A stretch of 64,000 bases of DNA from the human T2T-CHM13v2.0 reference genome, Homo sapiens. Below the pieces are notes generated by a model. It was not told the origin of the DNA. It made no database searches and saw only the letters and a list, made by a program, of their open reading frames with translations. The stretch lies in the NCBI RefSeq assembly GCF_009914755.1, contig NC_060929.1; one strand, given 5' to 3'. Position numbers and translations under genes: made by a program. Shown piece after piece: positions 57,191 to 64,000 of this stretch (positions are counted from its first letter, which is position 1; each line of letters opens with the position of its first letter).

Positions 57191-57570
57191 TTTTTCTACC
57201 TCTTATTGCTGCTTTTTTCTATGTTGCTTTCATTCTCAACCAGGGTGTTCCTTCAGGGTAGCAAAGATGGCAACTGTGGCTGCCCTAGGCTTACATCACC
57301 CTCTGAGCTAACAAAAGTAAGAGAACAAGAAAGACTACCTCTTTTTAAATAGGTCTAACCAATCATCTGTCCCTGTGCAATCTTTATGGCCAAGAGGATG
57401 TGAAACCCTGATTGGCTAGTCGTGGTCATGTGCCCATCCCTATACTGAGGGAGGCAAGTGTTCAACCAATCTATCAATGGGGGGAAAGAAGAGTTCTCAG
57501 AAGAAAAAGGTAACAGCTCTTACAAGAAAAAAGAAGGTCTGCTAAAAGGCAAAAACAACATGGAACATTA
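57025..57570. mobile_element. Ancient ERVL LTR remnant (LTR33/LTR16-like)
   Basis: tacaagagacagaaacccagctcaaa and ctgattggctagtcgtggtcatgtgcccatccct motifs. Confidence 0.55.
57123..57197. repeat. (TTTC)n microsatellite
   Basis: Roughly 17 units with one TTGC variant. Confidence 0.95.
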
Positions 57571-58829
57571 AGTGTCATATTTCATATAAAGAAGTAACAG
57601 AGCCACCTTCCTAAATGTTTTGAGAGTTTCCCTGCCCAAGGTTTCTATAATTTCTTCTAAATATTTCTCACTGGATTAGAAGACATGGTTGCTTTTTGTT
57701 TTCTTACCTGTGTATCCTGTTATGAGCAAAAAGTTTGCTCTGTTTCTCTGGTTTGCCCAACTGGCCTGTCATTTGCCTTTTGGTGATTTATCTTAAAAGG
57801 AAATTCTGGTAAAATGAAAACTTTTGATTTTTAAAACACCTTATTTGATTATGAGGGAAAAAAAATACAGTGTTTCAGATACAGTTTTTGAAAGTCTTGA
57901 GCTGGTGAGTTATTGCATAAAAATAACTTATGTTCTTCTTCCTGAGCCAGCAGTCCTTTAAAAAGCAGGTGTTCCGGATACTGGAGATGACAAACAGCTT
58001 TATAACTAATGTGAGGAAGAGCAGAGGACAGTAGACTCCTCTGCCAAGTGTTAAAGCCAAAGGGAAATATTCCAAAATGGACTTTTCTGTAACTATCTCA
58101 AAACAAGGGAAGCCAGAGGATTAGTAAAACAGTAAGTGTACAGTCTAGTCACTTTGAAGCCTGACATATTAGCTAGTTTGCTAAGGGCATACGTTTATGT
58201 AGATCTTTTAAAGGGAAAAGATTTTTCTTTCAGCCAAGAATAAAGATGCAATAGTTTTTCTCTGTCTTCAGCTCATTTTAAGTATTATCAACATCTGTTG
58301 CATAGTCTACTTGGAGTGGGACTATTTTTATGCAGTTTGCAGAATGCACACTGGATTCTTAACACACTGACTGTAAAGGCTTATTTCCTGATTATTAAGT
58401 TGTTTTAGAGAGAGAAAGAAAAAGAGATGTTAGGTATAGGATTAGAGAATCATGCAGGCTCTCTTTCTGTTTGAAGAAGCACAACAGACCGGAACTGCAA
58501 TATATTTTGCAGCCCCTCAGCTACTGAGCACAAGGATAAAATAGTATTTTGTTTTGTTTTTTAATATTCCCAGTTTCCTTCTTTTGGAACATCTACAGAG
58601 CACATCAGTAATTTCCTTCTAGCATTTATTGATGAGTTTTCTACCAAACATCAATTTTTCCCATACTGTGTAACTGTCACGTTCATCTGTTACCATTCAC
58701 GTAAACCTGTAGCTAGTTAGCCACCTGTTTTCCCCCTTTTGACAACACTGCCATCTGTTTTGATGGAATGGTTTGGGATGGAAGTTTAGGGAGCAGGTAT
58801 GATGGGGATGATTTTTCACATTCCCAAGA

Positions 58830-59062
58830 ACAGAACTGTCCAGTAGAAATACTACATAACTGAAATATGTGATTTTAAAGTTTCTAGTAGCTGAATTTTT
58901 TAAAATTAAAAATTACTGGCGAATTTTTACTTTGGAATATTTTATTTCAACGTAAGACTTTGAAATCCAGTGTATCTATTACCTTCACAACACATCTTAA
59001 TTCGGACTAGCTATATTCCAAATGTTCTATGACTACATGTGGCTACTGTATTAAACAGTGCC
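58830..59062. mobile_element. MER3/MER33-like hAT-Charlie element
   Basis: cagaactgtccagtagaaat...ttctagtagc...ggactagcta...catgtggctactgtattaaacagtg. Confidence 0.75.
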
Positions 59063-59819
59063 ATAGAAGGACTAGAAGGACTCTGTAGGCCATACTTAAA
59101 TTATCCATTGTGGACGTATGATCATTTTATATAACACTACATAGTTCTGAGTAGTTTAGGATACTATGAACATAAAATTGTTTTTTTCAAAAATCCTTGT
59201 TTCCTCAAATCTGTACCAAGATTCCAAGCTCTTTTCCCCTAGTCAATCTATCTACTAAAAGCCATTTCCAAAGTCAGGACAGATTTTAGAAAACGTGGAA
59301 AGCTAGAGGTGAGGAGAAGTGCTCAAAATTTACAGCTCATAATTCTTAAGTTAAATTCTATATTAGATAATGACATTTTTAAAAAAGTATCCACCTGGTT
59401 ATTTATGATTCTCATAGACTTTTCATCACTTTCATGATTTCTGCTACCCCTGACTTGCTCTTACATTTATTTTATGTTCTAGTCTCAATTCTCCAAGGTT
59501 TTGGAACGATTAATCTCCTTTTTACCTTGGCTACACATTTCTAATAGCAGTGATTGATCCTCATGCCAGAGGATGCCCTAGGAGTTTCTACTTTCTCTTT
59601 AGAACTGCTTTCTAGGGATGAGTAGTACGTGGTGACATTGATCACACCAAGGCTTTGCAAGCACTTTAATATGTCAACATTTCCACTTGTGTTTTCTGCA
59701 TCTATGGTTAATGGAGGTGGTGGTGACGATTGTTTTTGTTTTTGTATGCATGTGTGCCAGTCCATGGGGTACATTGCACATGAGCCTCATTAAAGCTTCC
59801 TTAATCACTAACTTAATTT

Positions 59820-60190
59820 GGGAAACACTCTGCACACCTTTTTGGCTTCTGGGTGGTTGTTGGATGGACACTCAGCAGTACAATCTGCCTCCCCTACCTG
59901 GAACATTCCTCTATTCACTATTCACATCATTAACTTCTTCTGGTTCTTCAAAACTCAGAATTCTTCCCTAACTGCCCAAGGCTGTATTAGATCCTCTCTT
60001 TATTTTCTGCCACAGCTATCTGGGTTTTGTCTTCATAGCACTTAGCAACAAGGAAATACACATGTTTATTGACTGTCCATAAGAGCAGTCTGTTGTGCCT
60101 GTTCTGTTCACCTCAACAGAGCCTAAACAATTATCACAGTGCCCAGTACATAGCAGGTGCCCAAGAATATTTGCTGAATAAATGCATGGA
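59820..60190 (+). mobile_element. L2 3' end
   Basis: cacagtgcccagtacatagcaggtgcccaagaatatttgctgaataaatg. Confidence 0.8.
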
Positions 60191-60799
60191 AAAGTACTTT
60201 GTATTTTTTCAAGAACTGTATTTTTCCACTGATAACAAATTAATGACAAACATATCAAAATCATATTAAAATCAGTACAGAGTTTAAAATGCTGATGATA
60301 CTCCTCTCATTACAGATGTTTCATTTTTGAAAATTCTTCTATGTCTGTTCTTGAGTTATGAGTCAAATCATCTTTGGAGGTCTGGGTAGAATGTTAATGC
60401 TGTTTACAAATCAAAGTTTAGTATCAAATGAGAAGATCTAAATATTAAGTGCCTTAAATTGCCAGAGAACCAATGGCAATACTTAAACATGAACTAAAAG
60501 GTTTTTCAAATAACATTTCACATACTGTGACTATAATAAAAGTCGGGTTGTGGAAAGCTATACACTTACCACATAAGAATATAAGATATACTATTATTGT
60601 GGCTTAAGGAGCAAATAATTCAAGTTATGTTTAATGCCGTGATACAAGTGGAGAAATAAGGATATTTATAGCCAGCTAGCCAGCACTCAGCTTCAGGGTC
60701 CATATTTCAAATGGATTCACCCATACTCCATAAGCATTATAGAGTTTACTTACTTAACAAACAGTAATTCTCTTAGTATGTTTAATTGTAATTTTTTTT

Positions 60800-61295
60800 T
60801 AATATTAGCTTATTTAAGTCTCATAGTCTTTTGAAGTAGAGACTATTAGCATCCCATTTTGTAGCTGAGGGAACTGAGGCCTGGTCATATTAAATAATGT
60901 TGAAGATAAAATAAGGCCAAGTGTGGTGTTCATATCTGTAATCCCAGAACTTTGGGAAGCGGAGGCGGGTGGATCACTTGAGGCCAGGAGTTTGAGACCA
61001 GTCTGGCCAACATAGTGAAACCCTGTCTCTACCAAAAATATAAAAATTAGCTGGGCATGGTGGCACATGCCTGTAATCCCAGCTACTTAAGAGGCTGAGG
61101 CATGAGAATCACTTGAACCCAGGGGGCAGAGGTTGCAGTGAGCCAAGATCATGCCACTGTACTCCAGCCGGGACAACAGAGTAAGACTCTGTCTTAATAA
61201 ATAAATAACTTTAAAGATAAAATAAGTAAAGCTGGGGTTTGAACCCATGGAGTCTGACCCTTGGATTAATATCCTTAAGTCCTCTATACTATAGG
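60800..61295. mobile_element. MIR remnant split by an Alu
   Basis: MIR core atcccattttgtagctgagggaactgaggc lies before the Alu and agctggggtttgaaccca...gtctgac lies after it. Confidence 0.75.
60915..61213 (+). mobile_element. AluS/J
   Basis: Complete dimer. TSD AAGATAAAATAA at 60903-60914 and 61214-61225. Confidence 0.93.
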
Positions 61296-63139
61296 GTTAC
61301 ATTGGACTTTGAATTTAAAACCATTTATTCCATCAATAATTACTTTCTTTTCTATTCCTACAAATCACCTTTAAAAAATTCCCCATGATTTACAAGGAAC
61401 TTTTTTTTTAAATCAGCCATCAGCTTTTTTTTTTTTTTCATCTAGTTCAATATGTAGTCAGCATTTTTCTCCTTGTTTTTTTCTAAAGACGACCATATGT
61501 CCCCAGTCCAGGGAATTTGGCACTAGAAGCTACAAATTTGGGGAAGAAAGTAAAATTCACAAGATAGTCATATTTAACAGGACTGAAAACCTTACTTCAT
61601 TTTCAGAACTAGTCTTTCTTCCCAAAAGTTGTTTGGAATTAGGATTTATTCTGGTTTGGAACAGTGGTGATTATAATTACTTAAGCATTCCATGCACTGA
61701 CAGCTTTCTGCTGCTACTTAGATGTAACAATTCTAAAGTATTTGTGAAGCTTATCCAAGGGGAACAAGTTTCTGTCCTATTAATTCACTAAAAGCTGCTT
61801 AAAGATAAAGCCAGAGACTAAAGTCAGTTATAGCTTTAATCCCCATTGGATCTAAATCCCCTTTTTCCATTTCATAGCCATGTGCATCATCCATAAACCA
61901 ATCTAATTATTTCCAAATGCATGTCCTTGCTCTCAAGTTAGAATAGATGAGTAAAAAGATAAATTACTTGTATCATAAAGACAACAGAAACTCCGAATAC
62001 AACTATATCAGTGGATTTATATTATAGTAATATCAAAGCACAGATTATATGCTATAGTACAATTATTATCAAAATGAAGAAAGGAGACTTAATAGTTACC
62101 TCTAGGACCAGAAGCAATTAAAAATATAATGCTGTTACAATTGATAAGTAATCAATGGAATGTGTTTTCATTGGTTTCATAGTCTGCAGCCATGTCAGAT
62201 CCACATGCATGTGGCATGGTGTTCGGAAGTTGACCTGCATTTCTCTTCAAATCATTTAACCACACTCAGCTGACCTGCATTCCTTTTTAAACAACCTAAT
62301 CAAATTTATTTCAAATACCAAAACCTTCAGTTAGAGATTTAATCTGTGTTTATGCACACGTGTGAAATCTCTAGTGTCTAAACGTGCCCTTGCCTAAGAG
62401 TACTCCATGTTTACAGAATATAAATTTCATAAGATTTCCCAATTTTTTCAGTCTTAAGTGAACTTTTTCATTTCTTTTTTTTCTTGAAAATGGAAATCCC
62501 CAGTCAAGGTCAGACTGCCCCAGATGATGTTTGGTTTTATGCATGTTGGCCTATAATCAGGGAGTCATTCTGGGAGGGAAAGTATAGGTGCCCCTCCCTA
62601 CGGATCTCTCTCATTCCCTTCTCCCCCTCGCCTTACATAGTCTTTAATCTGTGAGATATACCAGTTGTTGAAAGCACCCATTCTAGGCCTGCATCTTAGA
62701 AAATATTTCTCTTTCCTATTGCCCAAGTTGGAAAGTAGTATAACCTAGCAGGCAAATTACTAATTTGGAAGCATTTGTATATTAATTCTATGATGTAGCG
62801 TCCACTAGAGGACTTGCCTGCATATTTAATAACTAAGATATTGCTATACACATATGTCATGGTATGAAAATAAATGTGGTGCCCATTCAGCAAGGGTATG
62901 GCATATTCATTTATCCCCAAGATCAATACTCTGATGAAGGAGGGCTATTTATTTCAGCAATAGAGAAAACAAACCTAAGAAAAAATTGAATAAGTCTGTA
63001 CAATTTGTAGGGTTTTAAACACTCTTCCTTATTAAAATACCCACTTTTTGGTTAAATAACAGATCCATGATATCAGTTTACATTAGTGACTAAAGTAGTT
63101 ACTAATGAAGATGAAAAAAAACAGTAGAATACAAAGGGG

Positions 63140-63704
63140 GAAAGGATGGTGTCAAAGAAGAGAACCAGAGAACATTGATTTTATTCATGCCCTTGTAATA
63201 GAAGAACACCCTACATCTGAATATCAGAATGTTTCTGTAGGTTGATTTTCCCTTAGATTTTATAGGGAAGAATAGACAAGTTACAGGTGGGATGATTTAT
63301 TGTTTGGGTCGTTTTGCAGTCAGGGGAAGTCTAGGTCAGTTAGCTGAAGAGGAAATGTTTATCTCTGTTTCTAGCAAGTTTCAGAGGGACAAACAGTTTT
63401 AATCTCAGCTAATCATTCATAAGATAGAGAATGGGAAGTTGAAGGGTCTGTGTCTGGTCTTATCAGCAGATCCAGGCAAAAAGGGGAAAGTCTGTGTTTG
63501 GTCTTGTCCTAGGTAAACAAAGGAGTCATCTGTGAATCTTATGGGGGTCGTGAGAAAGAGTGGGCTGAGAGTTTTATTTAAGTCACATGGGCAAGGGTGG
63601 CTCTTTGTGGTGAGCCATTTCCTGGAACACTAAAAAGCTGAGGGATTTCTCAATCATCACTGTTTTCTGGAAGCACCAGGCTCAGGTAGATTTCACCATT
63701 GTCG
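63140..63704 (-). mobile_element. ERV1-class solo LTR (MER31/MER67-like)
   Basis: The - strand begins GACAATGGTGAAATCTACCTGAGCC...CCAGAAAACAG. A poly(A) signal on the - strand (ttttatt ~63179) lies near the other end. Confidence 0.55.
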
Positions 63705-64000
63705 CTGGAAACCTGATTCAGACCAGGGGCAACAGTGGACAGATAGGGAGATGTGATGTGACCCAAGGGGAGTCATTCAAATACACCTGAAAACTATAGG
63801 CCACCTTGGGAGGGTAAAGGCTTTCCAGTAAAAGTATCCAGGAAAAAGCAACTTGCTGAAGACAATGTGGATAGAATCCCTGAGAAAAGCAACCAGTCCA
63901 ATGAGGCTCAGGTAGCTGTAGAAATACCACTTTTAAATCAAAATTGAAGGTTTACAGATGAAGCTGAGTGAGGAGAGGCAAAGAGTCTCTCAAGGCCTAG

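Noticed and set aside
57035-57352. 105-aa hydrophobic ORF resembling a membrane peptide
   Set aside because: Its hydrophobicity comes from the (TTTC)n microsatellite.
46100-63100. Host gene exons among the 60-110 aa ORFs
   Set aside because: I found no recognisable protein similarity, no consistent splice-site-bounded frame and no CpG island. Small or non-coding exons cannot be excluded without alignment.

Overview
This is primate, almost certainly human, non-coding genomic DNA, AT-rich and dominated by LINE-1. I can support no host protein-coding exon, RNA gene or CRISPR array, and nearly all ORFs in the track are L1 fragments or chance ORFs. From left to right it holds: (1) the 3' 1.8 kb of a young human-specific L1HS pre-Ta element, with an open ORF2 C-terminus and an apparent ~100-bp 3' transduction; (2) a full-length old L1 (- strand) containing a full-length L1PA7-like element, an MST LTR and an Alu; (3) an LTR18-like solo LTR; (4) a full-length L1PB1-like element (+); (5) an old L1MD-like element holding an L1PA4-like insert, Alus and an inverted copy of its own 3' end; (6) a full-length L1PB-like element (-) containing a THE1 LTR; (7) MER6; and (8) a less repetitive right third with candidate enhancers. 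The most notable observations are the pre-Ta 3' transduction (about 1853-1970) and the 116-bp inverted self-duplication (34511-34626 vs 36201-36316). I found no convincing new multi-gene system. Subfamily names come from recalled consensus sequences and need RepeatMasker/Dfam confirmation.
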